Source: Candidatus Kaiserbacteria bacterium
GTDB taxonomy: Bacteria > Patescibacteriota > Minisyncoccia > Phycocordibacterales > UBA2100
Reading direction: 5' to 3'
Assembly (NCBI GenBank): GCA_016217965.1
Contig: JACRFI010000007.1
Coordinates: forward strand, 37,815 to 101,814
DNA: 64,000 nt
Position numbers and translations under genes: made by a program. Every line of letters starts with the position of its first letter. Position 1 is the stretch's first letter. This document shows, piece after piece, positions 38,034 through 47,881 of this stretch. Below the pieces are notes generated by a model. That model saw only the letters and a program-made list of their open reading frames with translations. It was not told where the DNA came from and searched no databases.

Positions 38034-39113
38034 CTAGAGCTCCATTGCAACGAACGAATCGAAACGGACGTCCATGAAATCGGTGCGGATGCCTGTGTAG
38101 CCTGCCTGCGTGATGGGAGGTGTCCCGCCGAAATTGCCGCTGTCTTTCGCTTCAAGGATCTTTGTTAACGATTGCTCGTTCGGCTTTCGGAGATAGAGCC
38201 GCACGCTCACCGTGCCGTCCGCATTTGTGACAGTGTCGGAGCGGATGTGGAACCACGCATTGTGTGGGAGAAGGTTATTCTTGCCGCCTTCTGAGTAAGA
38301 GCCGTCAAAGACTTTTTTCTGCGCCATCGTATAGTACGTGCTGTTGTACTTCTTTTTTATGACAGCGGTCCCATCCACGCGGATTCCCGCATAGTACAGC
38401 GTATTGCCATCTTTGTACCTCGACATGAACAGAATTCCGTTCGACGCGTTTCTATTCGGGCTTGAAGAAAAATTGTCACGCGTGATGTAGAAGGTGGCTT
38501 GGAGGCGAGGATCTTGCCACGAACTACGAGTCAAGAGCCGGAAGATATTTTGGGGGTGTACGCCATTGTCAGTATCGACGGGGTTTGATGATAAGTAGAG
38601 AAGACGCCATGGGTCGGTAAGAGAAAGAGAGCCTTGCACCGTCTGCCCGACCTCGTTTTTTATCTGAAGGTAGCCCCCAGAATTTACCCACCAGTACGGG
38701 CTCCACGACGACCCCATGCTGGAACTTTCGGGAACGCTGCCATCGATATTGAATGTGTAAAGAAGCGGCGTCGAGATCGTTGCAGCGGATGACCCGAACA
38801 CCAACGCAGCGTTAAGTGGAACCGGGACGAAGTAGGAGAAAGTATTGGACGACACGGTGCTCCATGCCAACCAAAAAAGAATAAGGGCAAAAAGGCTTCC
38901 CATACCTACTACGTACAATGTAGCGGTGAGGATGTGAGAAACATTAACGAGCGCACGAGACACGAGGAGAGGATACTGGTGTGCCTCTTCCGAGTCAATG
39001 AAAAGTCCATATTTTTTTGAGAAGAATCTTGCTCGTATTCTTTTTTCACTGTTCTTAGCGGTTTTAAGCGAGACAATACGTATCAATAACCCACGGCAAC
39101 TAGATGAAGTCAA
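38034..39113 (-). CDS. Hypothetical exported beta-sandwich (lectin/ConA-like) protein; true start probably internal (~38904-38990)
   Basis: TM segment followed by a Trp/Tyr/Gly-rich beta domain ending GIRTDFMDVRFD. Confidence 0.65.
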   Translation of the reverse strand: MTSSSCRGLLIRIVSLKTAKNSEKRIRARFFSKKYGLFIDSEEAHQYPLLVSRALVNVSHILTATLYVVGMGSLFALILFWLAWSTVSSNTFSYFVPVPLNAALVFGSSAATISTPLLYTFNIDGSVPESSSMGSSWSPYWWVNSGGYLQIKNEVGQTVQGSLSLTDPWRLLYLSSNPVDTDNGVHPQNIFRLLTRSSWQDPRLQATFYITRDNFSSSPNRNASNGILFMSRYKDGNTLYYAGIRVDGTAVIKKKYNSTYYTMAQKKVFDGSYSEGGKNNLLPHNAWFHIRSDTVTNADGTVSVRLYLRKPNEQSLTKILEAKDSGNFGGTPPITQAGYTGIRTDFMDVRFDSFVAMEL

Positions 39114-39167
39114 TCCTCATTCTCTTCATCTGTTCTTCCTGTGCCGCTTATATCATCTTTGCACGTG

Positions 39168-40403
39168 ATGTATACGAAAACGAATGCGTTCCTGGCGCTC
39201 ATGTTGATCGTGGGAATTTTGTTCGCGCTTCTGAAAGATACGACGCTCTTTATCGACACGCTTTTTGAGAGGGAAGGGGCTCTGTATCAACCGTATCTCT
39301 CGGACAGTTTCGATGAGTACAGCGGCAACTCCGAGGTCTTGGATAGTGGAAGCGAAGATCTGTCACGTTGGCAGAACTCTGGTTCTATCACGGCGTTCGT
39401 TGATATTCTGGATTGGAGTAAAGTGCGCCAGGTAGATCTTCGGCTCACCGATGCAGCTGGCCGCACTGCAGTTCTCACGGGTATCGAGAACATTCTCGCG
39501 CCTCGCGAAGAGAACGACCTCAAATCGAACGATGCATTTCTCGACTATGATTTTTCCTGCGATCAGCCGGTACGTACGTGGGAAGATTTCATGCTCGTGA
39601 ACGGGACGAATTTTCTCTTTTGGGAATATGGCTCGGCGCCTCCCATCGATATGTCGAATATTGTTTCGTGGGCCGCGTTTGATGCGGACGGTGGAGAAGA
39701 GTTCCCGCTTAAGGACGTGGTTGTACACGATGGCCTGTGCGCTAGCAAGAACAGCCTCGCTGGAAAGTGGCATAGCCCGAACGGTCTCCCGCAATATGGT
39801 GTGTGGTGGACAGAGGGGGGCTTACTTATAATGAAAAAAGTTGACCAGACTCAATATCCGTCGAATGGTGATCATACGCGTATCCTCTCGAGCGCGGAGA
39901 CGCCGCAAAATTTTCTGATGCGCGTTCGATTCAGCGTCTCAGATATGCCGAAAATTTCTTGGTTTTCAAGGCGCCTCGGCACAACTTCTCCGGAATTGTT
40001 GAACACATTCCTGCGCGTCGCGTGGGATTTCGATGACGAATATGATCCGGGGCATGACCAGACGCTGGTATATAATTCGCTCGAGTACGGGTACTTAGGG
40101 TTGCAGCGCGTATTTCCGATCGTGCGCTATTTTCAGCAAGGATACGAACCGCACCAGAATTATGAGGAGGCGAAGACAAAGTTTGTTTTCAAAAACGGGC
40201 GCACCTACGAGGTGCAGATACAAGTTGAGGGACAGCATGCACTCGTCGAAGTGTATAGGATCGGCAAATTATTCGACACACGTACGGCCGCACTTTCGTA
40301 TACATTCATTGAAGCACGTCCCGCGACACCTTACCCGTTCTCTATCGAGGCGACGGGAAATATTGATATTGCAGTGGACGAGGTGGAGGTTCGCAGAAAA
40401 TGA
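39168..40403 (+). CDS. Hypothetical membrane-anchored exported protein
   Basis: N-terminal TM helix, acidic beta-rich body; adjacent to the polysaccharide locus. Confidence 0.7.
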   Translation: MYTKTNAFLALMLIVGILFALLKDTTLFIDTLFEREGALYQPYLSDSFDEYSGNSEVLDSGSEDLSRWQNSGSITAFVDILDWSKVRQVDLRLTDAAGRTAVLTGIENILAPREENDLKSNDAFLDYDFSCDQPVRTWEDFMLVNGTNFLFWEYGSAPPIDMSNIVSWAAFDADGGEEFPLKDVVVHDGLCASKNSLAGKWHSPNGLPQYGVWWTEGGLLIMKKVDQTQYPSNGDHTRILSSAETPQNFLMRVRFSVSDMPKISWFSRRLGTTSPELLNTFLRVAWDFDDEYDPGHDQTLVYNSLEYGYLGLQRVFPIVRYFQQGYEPHQNYEEAKTKFVFKNGRTYEVQIQVEGQHALVEVYRIGKLFDTRTAALSYTFIEARPATPYPFSIEATGNIDIAVDEVEVRRK

Positions 40404-40420
40404 ATTGCTTGATCTCTAAG

Positions 40421-42073
40421 CTACTCGCTTTCCGTGGAGGTTCCAACGTACGGTCGTGCGATGACCGACGAAACCTGCACGCGTGCCTTGCCGAGCTCAG
40501 GGTCCCATATCTGGATGCCCACGCCGCCTGTTGTGTTGCGGTCATACATCTCGACGATTGATTGGAATCCCCATGTGCATTCAATGACGGAGCCGTGTGC
40601 GCGGATGCCGAGGCGCGCATTCTCACCGTACTGAATGCGTTCGTCTTTCTTTTCCGCGAGAGTTGTCGTGACGCCGTGCACTGTCCGCTGGACCCTCACC
40701 GAACCTGGTGAGAATGCGCAGGCATCGTACGTTCTCGAATCAACAACGTCCGCGAGCAAGAACGCATGCCCGCCCTGCCAGTTTGCAGCGACATCGAAAG
40801 AATAGTCGTCCCACAGTGCAGAGCCATCGAGGAACGCTGAGGCGCTCGTGCGATCATTGCTCGCAGTGAGCACAAAATTGTTGCGGCCAGACTCCAGCGT
40901 GCCCCACGACAGCAGCCATCCTTTCTGCTCTCTGAAGTCGTCCTCGAATGGCAATTGTTTGGGCAGGCTGTTTTCCATGATGGTAAGGAGCCTCTCGCCA
41001 TCCCAATCGTGGTCAACGTGAATTCTTCGCACGAGAAAATCATTCGCAAGGTGTGCTGAGCTCTCTGATGAGCGTGGAAAGTTCGCAGTGTACGTTTGGT
41101 TTTCAGTCTGAATAAACCCGAATTCATAGATTCCACGTGCTTCGTCTTCGGTTATTTCACTTCCTTCGGGAAAGTTTGCTGCACCCTCTATCCCTGTTTC
41201 GTTGCCGAGGGGGAATGCGAGGGAATAAATTGGAACGCTGTACCGTGTTTCAAGCGCGGATTTTGCGCGTGCGAGGTCTCCTCGCACCCGCGTCCTGAAC
41301 TCTGCGTCAGTTTCCAGCCTCCCTGCTGCCTCAAGCCACATTTTGTCCGCAAAGAATACGCCCTCTCCCCCGTTCTCGGCGGGGTTAGGCTGGTGCCCAT
41401 CGTACGAATGGGAGCCGATGGACCACCTGCCGCTCGAAAGAAGCTGTTTTATTTCTTCAGGCGAGAGATAATATGTGCTCTCTGGCGTTTCCGACGAACG
41501 GACTATTATGAATATACTTGCGTTGAAACCAAGTGCACGAAGGATAGGGTCTACAGGGTAGAAACTTTCTTTCGCGCCATCATCGAAGGTAAGAAGGAAC
41601 GATTTTTGCGGCAGCTCGCGTTCTCCCTGCATGAACTCTTCGAATTCCGAGAGCGTGACGGTGCTCCATCCGGCTTTCTTTAACGCTCTCATTTGATCGC
41701 GGAAATTGGAGATTGTGACGTTATTGAGGTCATTCGAGTCAGAGACAACGCGGTGGTATGTGAGGACAGGTATTGTGCGTGCAGGGCCTTCATTTGGGAG
41801 AGATGCAGAAGGTTTTCCTCCGATGCCGAACGCTCCCGCGGCGCTCCCAATAAGGCGAGAGCCCTCGTACTCGAACATTGCAGCAAGCGTGTCTATTGCG
41901 TACCTTAGGCCGGTCACTGTTGCGTAGACTGCAGGCGTCGAGCCAAAGAGTTGTTGCTTTGCATAGAATGTCCCGTACACCAAGAAGCACATGCACGCAG
42001 CTCCGGCAAGAACTATGACAACTTTACGCGGCATGCTATCCGGATGAAGAAGGCCGCTGATCGAATATGCCAT
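40421..42073 (-). CDS. Polysaccharide deacetylase (PgaB/IcaB-like CE4) with C-terminal beta-sandwich domain
   Basis: IPVLTYH, LTFDDG, GSHSYDGH, AFPLG. Confidence 0.9.
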   Translation of the reverse strand: MAYSISGLLHPDSMPRKVVIVLAGAACMCFLVYGTFYAKQQLFGSTPAVYATVTGLRYAIDTLAAMFEYEGSRLIGSAAGAFGIGGKPSASLPNEGPARTIPVLTYHRVVSDSNDLNNVTISNFRDQMRALKKAGWSTVTLSEFEEFMQGERELPQKSFLLTFDDGAKESFYPVDPILRALGFNASIFIIVRSSETPESTYYLSPEEIKQLLSSGRWSIGSHSYDGHQPNPAENGGEGVFFADKMWLEAAGRLETDAEFRTRVRGDLARAKSALETRYSVPIYSLAFPLGNETGIEGAANFPEGSEITEDEARGIYEFGFIQTENQTYTANFPRSSESSAHLANDFLVRRIHVDHDWDGERLLTIMENSLPKQLPFEDDFREQKGWLLSWGTLESGRNNFVLTASNDRTSASAFLDGSALWDDYSFDVAANWQGGHAFLLADVVDSRTYDACAFSPGSVRVQRTVHGVTTTLAEKKDERIQYGENARLGIRAHGSVIECTWGFQSIVEMYDRNTTGGVGIQIWDPELGKARVQVSSVIARPYVGTSTESE

Positions 42074-42076
42074 ACG

Positions 42077-43477
42077 CTACCTTGTACCCCAACGCGTGTC
42101 GCGGAGCATCACGATCGCATAGGGAAGTTGCCATACGAGGACGAGTGTGTAGAACCAAGAGAAGAACATTCCATATATCCAGAGTGAATCTTTCCGGAAC
42201 AAGCGATAATACACGCCGTATATCATGGACATGAGAATAAGGCCTCCGATGTATATCCAGGGCACGATGCCGTCCACTGCCGGAAGCCACAGAAGTGCGC
42301 GGCCTGCAACGATGGGGGCAAGGAGGGGGAGCAGGATGCCGAGATAGAACGAGATTGCCGCAATAGGATGCCGCTTCCACAAGAAGGCTGCCGCTTTAAA
42401 ACTTTCTCTCGTCCAAGATTTCTTCCAACGTAGTTGTTGTGTGAGGAATTTTCGCCAGGTATCCGGAACAATAGTCGTTGAGAACGCTTCGGGCGCATAC
42501 ACCGTTTTCCAGCCTTTTTTGAGAAGACAGTTCGTTAGCGCGCGGTCATCGCCATACGTGCAGCGAGCTCCCAGGAATCGCTGTGTCTGCCAGTCGTCGA
42601 GTATTTCGTCGATTGCTGATTTTCGATACGCAGAACAGCAACCCGAACAGCATGTCACTGCGCCAAACAAGGCTTCCGCAGATTTGTAGGCTTTGAACGC
42701 AACAAAGTAGCGCACCGCCTGCATTTTCGTGAGGAGATTCGTTTGTGCATTATGGACTTCTGCATGTCCTGCTGCTGCTGCAACTGCTGGATCTTTGAAA
42801 TATTTCACTAACTCCTTCACCGTCGAATCAGCAACGAAACTGTCCGAATCAACGAAGACAATGATGTCTCCTGTTGCTGCACGGACACCTTCTGCCATTC
42901 CGTCTCGCTTCCCGCGGTTTCTCTCCCAATCAATAACGGTCATCTTGACGTTAACGGCTTCTGCTTCCCTCTGTACGTTGTGCATTTCGGCTCCTGTGTC
43001 GTCAGTCGAGCCGTCGTTTATGGCGATGATCTCGAACTTGTCTCCTGGATAATCGCTGCCGAGCATGGCTCGCAACGTCTCTGCGATATGTTCTCCCTCA
43101 TTCTTTGCGGGCGTTACGAATGAGACAAAGGGGCGATACTCTGTATCAACGACGACCGTCTGTTTTGGCACGTAGAAGTACGCCAAGAGGAAGCGCGAGA
43201 GAATATAGGCTGAAACAAGAATGCTGTACGAAGCGAACAACGCCGAATCCTCGAGCGAGTCGAGCGTGATTACTTTAATGACAAGAACAATGTAGATGAG
43301 CACCATCATCACTCCCATGAACGCGAACCAGCCGGGCCCGGATGCGGATTCGCTCCTGTGAAGTGCCGCTCTTCGCACGGGTCCTGCAGGCAGAGCCTGG
43401 CCTTGCGCCAAACTCATTTTTTTGCGGCTCAATATCATGTCGTTTCCGACCAGCTGATTTTTCCACGCGTATTCCAT
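42077..43477 (-). CDS. Processive GT2 glycosyltransferase, hyaluronan synthase/NodC/IcaA-like
   Basis: NDGSTD, GKR, FVDSDS, CCSGC..YR, YGDDRALTN, QQLRWKKSW. Confidence 0.9.
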   Translation of the reverse strand: MEYAWKNQLVGNDMILSRKKMSLAQGQALPAGPVRRAALHRSESASGPGWFAFMGVMMVLIYIVLVIKVITLDSLEDSALFASYSILVSAYILSRFLLAYFYVPKQTVVVDTEYRPFVSFVTPAKNEGEHIAETLRAMLGSDYPGDKFEIIAINDGSTDDTGAEMHNVQREAEAVNVKMTVIDWERNRGKRDGMAEGVRAATGDIIVFVDSDSFVADSTVKELVKYFKDPAVAAAAGHAEVHNAQTNLLTKMQAVRYFVAFKAYKSAEALFGAVTCCSGCCSAYRKSAIDEILDDWQTQRFLGARCTYGDDRALTNCLLKKGWKTVYAPEAFSTTIVPDTWRKFLTQQLRWKKSWTRESFKAAAFLWKRHPIAAISFYLGILLPLLAPIVAGRALLWLPAVDGIVPWIYIGGLILMSMIYGVYYRLFRKDSLWIYGMFFSWFYTLVLVWQLPYAIVMLRDTRWGTR

Positions 43478-43481
43478 ATGG

Positions 43482-44834
43482 TTATCGCCCGATGCCTCTG
43501 TACGTAACGCCGCTTTCTTGGAACGCTTTCTTATCGAGGCAATTACGGCCGTCTATAATGATGTCGACGCCTGCACGGGTGAAATTCTCGGGGGTGAGTG
43601 CACGAAAGAATGTGTGGTCCGTTGCAATGACTGCGACATCTGCGCCTTGAAGTGCGTCCTCGAGCGTGCCCTCGCTAGAGAGTTTCGGAACGAATGGGTC
43701 GAAGGTGCGGACTCGCGCGCCTTTCGCGCGAAGTTCTTTTTCGATCTCTAGCGCGGGGCTTTCTCGGTGATCGGGGATGTCTTTCTTGTATGCTAGGCCG
43801 AGGAGAGCGACTGTCGAACCGCGAAGCAGCCGTTTTTTCTGTCTCAATGCATGCGAGAGGCGCCTCACGGCGTATTTTGGCATCTTCTGGTTTGTAAGGC
43901 GTGCAGTGAGAAGGAAGCGGTGTTCAAATCCATTTTTCTCTCCATAACGGATGAGGTAGTACGGATCGACGGGAATGCAATGTCCTCCGACTCCGCAGCC
44001 CGGGATGTGCGGCATGAATGCGAACGGCTTTGAAGATGCGCCTTCGATCACGGAGAGGAGGTCAATACCCGCGCGATCGAACGACATGGCGAGCTCGTTC
44101 ACGAACGCGATATTGATGTCTCGGAATGCATTCTCAACCATCTTCACGGCTTCGGCCTCTTTTATCGAGGGCATGGCCTGGAGCGGCGCATCAAGGAGGT
44201 TTTGGTACAGTGCGATAGCTTGCGCGAGGCTCTCTTCACCGATTGCTCCGATAACACGAGGTATGGTTCGGACGTTCCATTTCACATCTCCCGGGTTCAC
44301 TCGCTCCGGGCAGTGTGCAAAATAAAAGTCCGATTCGGCTTCGAGCCCAGACTCACTCTCCAAGATGGGTAGCGCTACGTCTTCGCACGCGCCCGGGTTC
44401 ACTGTGGATTCGATGACCACTAGTGAGCCGCGCGAAAGATGCCTGCCGACAATGCGAGAGGCGTTTTTTAGAGGCTCAAGATCGGGTGTATGGTCTGCTT
44501 TAACGGGAGTTGGCACACAGATGATATAGGCGCTCGCATGCCAAATATCGTCTTCACGCGAAGTGAATGAGATGTTGTCTTGTTTTCGGAGGAGTTCTTG
44601 TTCTTCGTCTGTTATGTAATTCGCGTCACGCTTTGTGAGGCGGGAGATCTTGGCTTCGTCAATGTCGAATCCGATGGCTCGATACTTTTTCGACGCCGCA
44701 AGAATGGCGAGCGGCAGCCCTACGTAGCCGACCCCGACGACGACGATGGAACTTGTGCTGGGGAGAGGGGATGGAAAATCATCCAACACGCTTGGTGCGT
44801 GTACTAATTCTCTTTCTATTGCATATGACTTCAT
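43482..44834 (-). CDS. UDP-N-acetylhexosamine dehydrogenase (WbpA/WecC/TviB type)
   Basis: GVGYVGLP, CVPTP, ESTV.PG, PERV.PG, GVGGHCIPVDPYYL. Confidence 0.92.
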   Translation of the reverse strand: MKSYAIERELVHAPSVLDDFPSPLPSTSSIVVVGVGYVGLPLAILAASKKYRAIGFDIDEAKISRLTKRDANYITDEEQELLRKQDNISFTSREDDIWHASAYIICVPTPVKADHTPDLEPLKNASRIVGRHLSRGSLVVIESTVNPGACEDVALPILESESGLEAESDFYFAHCPERVNPGDVKWNVRTIPRVIGAIGEESLAQAIALYQNLLDAPLQAMPSIKEAEAVKMVENAFRDINIAFVNELAMSFDRAGIDLLSVIEGASSKPFAFMPHIPGCGVGGHCIPVDPYYLIRYGEKNGFEHRFLLTARLTNQKMPKYAVRRLSHALRQKKRLLRGSTVALLGLAYKKDIPDHRESPALEIEKELRAKGARVRTFDPFVPKLSSEGTLEDALQGADVAVIATDHTFFRALTPENFTRAGVDIIIDGRNCLDKKAFQESGVTYRGIGR

Positions 44835-44855
44835 GGTGAGTGTACATAACTATTA

Positions 44856-44926
44856 GTGCGCACCCCATTAGAGGCATGAACCTTGCGTTCAGCAGCCGGA
44901 TACGGCTGGCCTCTAACGGGGCGCAC
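44856..44926. repeat. Multi-hairpin element, family D
   Basis: CCCCATTAGAGGC ... GCCTCTAACGGGG enclosing hairpins TGAAC/GTTCA and CAGCCG/CGGCTG. Confidence 0.75.
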
Positions 44927-45033
44927 GGACGGTAAATTACATGCGACCTGAATCAAAATGTGGTTCGCATACGAATAAAGACGGATCAAATAGAATCCAA
45001 TTACTTCCGAGCGGGAGAGGCGAGTGTTGCATG

Positions 45034-45053
45034 CCCGGTAGTAGAATTTTGGC
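45034..45053. repeat. Solo arm of family C
   Basis: CCCGGTAGTAGAATTTTGGC. Confidence 0.65.
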
Positions 45054-45505
45054 TTGTTTCCTCTGGTGTCGAACAACGAAATATCCTTTGGTCCCAAAAG
45101 TACCCATGTTACGTTCTTACGACAGCAACCTTGCGCCCTGCGCCAGCCGAAATTTCACAATCCGGGCATGCCGGAGAGGCCGCGTTCCCATATCGAGTTA
45201 CGCGACCTCTCCGGCGCGCACGTTGACCCATTCGGAATCAACGTCAGCGGAAAATCCGCACGTCGCTTCGATCATATTTCTTTACGTTACTGAATAACTC
45301 CTGTACACAGCACTCCGCGGGCCCGTATCCGTTATCCGCCAACCGGCGGACGGGCGGTACCCCGCGGCTCTGTGTGTGCGCTCGAATGAACTCGCTACGG
45401 AACACTCTACAAAAGGGGAGTGAAGGGAAAATGAATATTGGCAAAGTCGCATTTCATTGCGCATTCGCCGGGGGAAAGGTCCAAATTCCAAGAAACAATC
45501 TCCCG

Positions 45506-46681
45506 TCAGGATTTCGGATTTCCGTTGGTGTGGTGCGTAAAATCCACTGCGACCTCGCTTGCTCCTTTTGTTCTCGGGCCGCTCGCGTCCTCCATGCCGG
45601 AGGGCAAGAGGACGACGACAGATGTGCCGCGCCCTTCAGCGCTTTTTACGGTGATCTTTCCGCCGTGCAGCTTGACGAGCTCGCTTACTATCGTAAGCCC
45701 GAGGCCGCTCCCTCCCAACGCGCGATTCCGCGAACGGTCTGCGCGGTAGAACGGCTCGAAGATATGAAAAAGGTCGCTCCGAGGTATGCCAGGACCCGAG
45801 TCTTGTATCGTCAGTTCTATCATGTGAGGTCCTGTGGGCTCGACGATAATGCCGATGCGCCCGTATGCTGGCGTATACGTGATGGCGTTTTTTAAAATGT
45901 TGTTCACTATCTGCTCAAGAGCGGAAGTGTTTCCCCACACAGTGCGCCAGTCACTCATACGAACGGTTATTTCCAAGTGTTTTCGCTCCGAAAATTTATG
46001 CAGCTTCTTCGTGACGGTTTCTACTATGGTGGCGATGTCGACGTTCTCGAACTTAAGGCGCTCAGGCCGCACTGATGCCGACACCGAGAGGAGATTGTTG
46101 ATGATGTCTGATATGCGGTCCAATTCCTCCAAATTACTCTCATGCATAGCTCGCGCATCCCTAGGCACATCTTTTTCCATAAGCCGGACCTCAGTGTTGG
46201 TCTTTATGGTCGACAGGGGCGTGCGGAGCTCGTGCGCAATGTTGCCTATGAACTGCTTCTGAGATTCGAGTGCATTCCTGACGGGTGAGAGAGTAATATA
46301 CGCGATGAGGTATGCGAATATGACTGTTGCTGCAACGACGGCGACGACGAGTATCGAGACATTTCGAGTCTGAAGCGACTCAAGCTCGGTCGTGATCGTC
46401 TCACCGATGGTACTTGCAGTTATTCCCGTGGTTGCACTCTCAGTTATGCCTTTTGTGAGGACTGTGACGACGTCCTGGTACAGGAACGAGAGGGATACTG
46501 CAACGATGACGAGGATCAGGAAGCCGAATGCGATCTGGAGGCCGAGGACGTTTATTTCGGTGCGGAAGAACGGCTCGTACCGGTATCTATCCCCGAAGCT
46601 TATAGCCGATGCCGCGAACCGTTTCGAGAACGTTCTCACCCGTGTGGCCGCTAAGCTTTTTTCGAAGGTTTTTAACATGGA
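45506..46681 (-). CDS. Sensor histidine kinase (start uncertain, overlaps the regulator gene)
   Basis: Two TM segments, IAHELRTPL, NILKNAITY, DSGPG, FYR, GLGL. Confidence 0.9.
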   Translation of the reverse strand, partial: SMLKTFEKSLAATRVRTFSKRFAASAISFGDRYRYEPFFRTEINVLGLQIAFGFLILVIVAVSLSFLYQDVVTVLTKGITESATTGITASTIGETITTELESLQTRNVSILVVAVVAATVIFAYLIAYITLSPVRNALESQKQFIGNIAHELRTPLSTIKTNTEVRLMEKDVPRDARAMHESNLEELDRISDIINNLLSVSASVRPERLKFENVDIATIVETVTKKLHKFSERKHLEITVRMSDWRTVWGNTSALEQIVNNILKNAITYTPAYGRIGIIVEPTGPHMIELTIQDSGPGIPRSDLFHIFEPFYRADRSRNRALGGSGLGLTIVSELVKLHGGKITVKSAEGRGTSVVVLLPSGMEDASGPRTKGASEVAVDFTHHTNGNPKS

Positions 46682-47261
46682 CGTCAACGACGTTACTGAA
46701 GGAGGCATAGTTAAAATCCCATAGGTTTGTTAAAAGGTCTTCCCGATTTACGACTTGGTTCGGGTGTCGCATGAAGTATTCAAGAAGGCCGAATTCTTTG
46801 AGTGTCAGTGGGACATTCTCTCCATTTTTTCGTACGGTACGTTCAACGGGATTAAGCTCAAGATCGCTCACCTGGAGAACATTTGGCACGGTTTCTGTGG
46901 GCCGCCTGAGAAGCGCGTGTACTCGCGCTGAGAGCTCTTCGAATGAGAACGGCTTAACGAGGTAATCGTCTGCGCCCGCGAGCAAGAGCTCGACTTTTCT
47001 ATCTGTTTCGTTGCGCGCAGTGAGGATGAGTATTGGCGTGGTCACACCCCATTCACGTGCAGTCTTGCATATCTCAAGGCCGTCCATCGATGGCAGCATG
47101 AGATCGAGTATTACCAAGTCGTAATCCGTACGGTGCAGGGAAATGCGGTTAAGAGCCTTCTTGCCATCGTATATGGTATCGACAGCATAGCCTTTTAGCT
47201 TGAGGCCGTGCGCAAGCGCATCGGCCAGCTTCTGTTCGTCTTCAACAAGTAAGATTTTCAT
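46587..47261 (-). CDS. OmpR/PhoB-family response regulator
   Basis: LLVEDE, LDLMLP, GADDYLVKPF, VVDVHVKNLRKKL, ETVRGIGY. Confidence 0.96.
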   Translation of the reverse strand: MKILLVEDEQKLADALAHGLKLKGYAVDTIYDGKKALNRISLHRTDYDLVILDLMLPSMDGLEICKTAREWGVTTPILILTARNETDRKVELLLAGADDYLVKPFSFEELSARVHALLRRPTETVPNVLQVSDLELNPVERTVRKNGENVPLTLKEFGLLEYFMRHPNQVVNREDLLTNLWDFNYASFSNVVDVHVKNLRKKLSGHTGENVLETVRGIGYKLRG

Positions 47262-47381
47262 ATTTTTTGTATGTCTTGTAACAAGAGCTTCTTTGCCAAG
47301 TATAAGGTAGCGAAGATGAAGACTTCATGATGAGGAAGACGGAATCTGGTGCTAAGCTCTTACTGGCGACGTAGAGCGAGC

Positions 47382-47511
47382 GAGGTGCGAAAACGAAGTT
47401 TTCGCACCTCCGAGCCGAGGAGCCAGAAATCGGCAAACGCCCTGCGCTTGTGCGCAAGGGCGTTTCTCGAGCCACAGGGTTAACGCCCCGCGGTCTCGAA
47501 AGAGCCGATTT
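47382..47511. repeat. Intergenic hairpin cluster
   Basis: 13-bp perfect stem at 47382-47410; outer stem AAATCGGC / GCCGATTT enclosing two hairpins. Confidence 0.65.
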
Positions 47512-47532
47512 ACAGAGCCATTTTCTCTGCAA

Positions 47533-47859
47533 TCAGGAGGGTTGCTTCTTCTGGCGAACTTTGTCCAAAAATCGGGTTGCTACTGCATACATGTATTCGA
47601 CCTCTTGTATAGAAAGCTTTCTTACGTCGGCAGGTATCTCGAAAACTTGCAATTGGTGTTTCAATTCCACTTCGGAAAGAAGCGCAACAGGACCATTTAT
47701 TAATGCTTGTTCCGCCATCGTTTGGCTTGCTTTCACCGGCCCTACATTAAAACGATCCAATTCTGAGAGCCGATCTATTACGTTTTTTGCGATTGTTATC
47801 CCATCGGCATCGCTCATCTCATCGGGAATTCGAAGACCACCTGCATCAAGTCCACCCAT
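47533..47859 (-). CDS. Hypothetical protein
   Basis: 108-aa ORF downstream of the ABC permease. Confidence 0.5.
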   Translation of the reverse strand: MGGLDAGGLRIPDEMSDADGITIAKNVIDRLSELDRFNVGPVKASQTMAEQALINGPVALLSEVELKHQLQVFEIPADVRKLSIQEVEYMYAVATRFLDKVRQKKQPS

Positions 47860-47881
47860 CCTGCCAGTGTATGCTTCTTTC

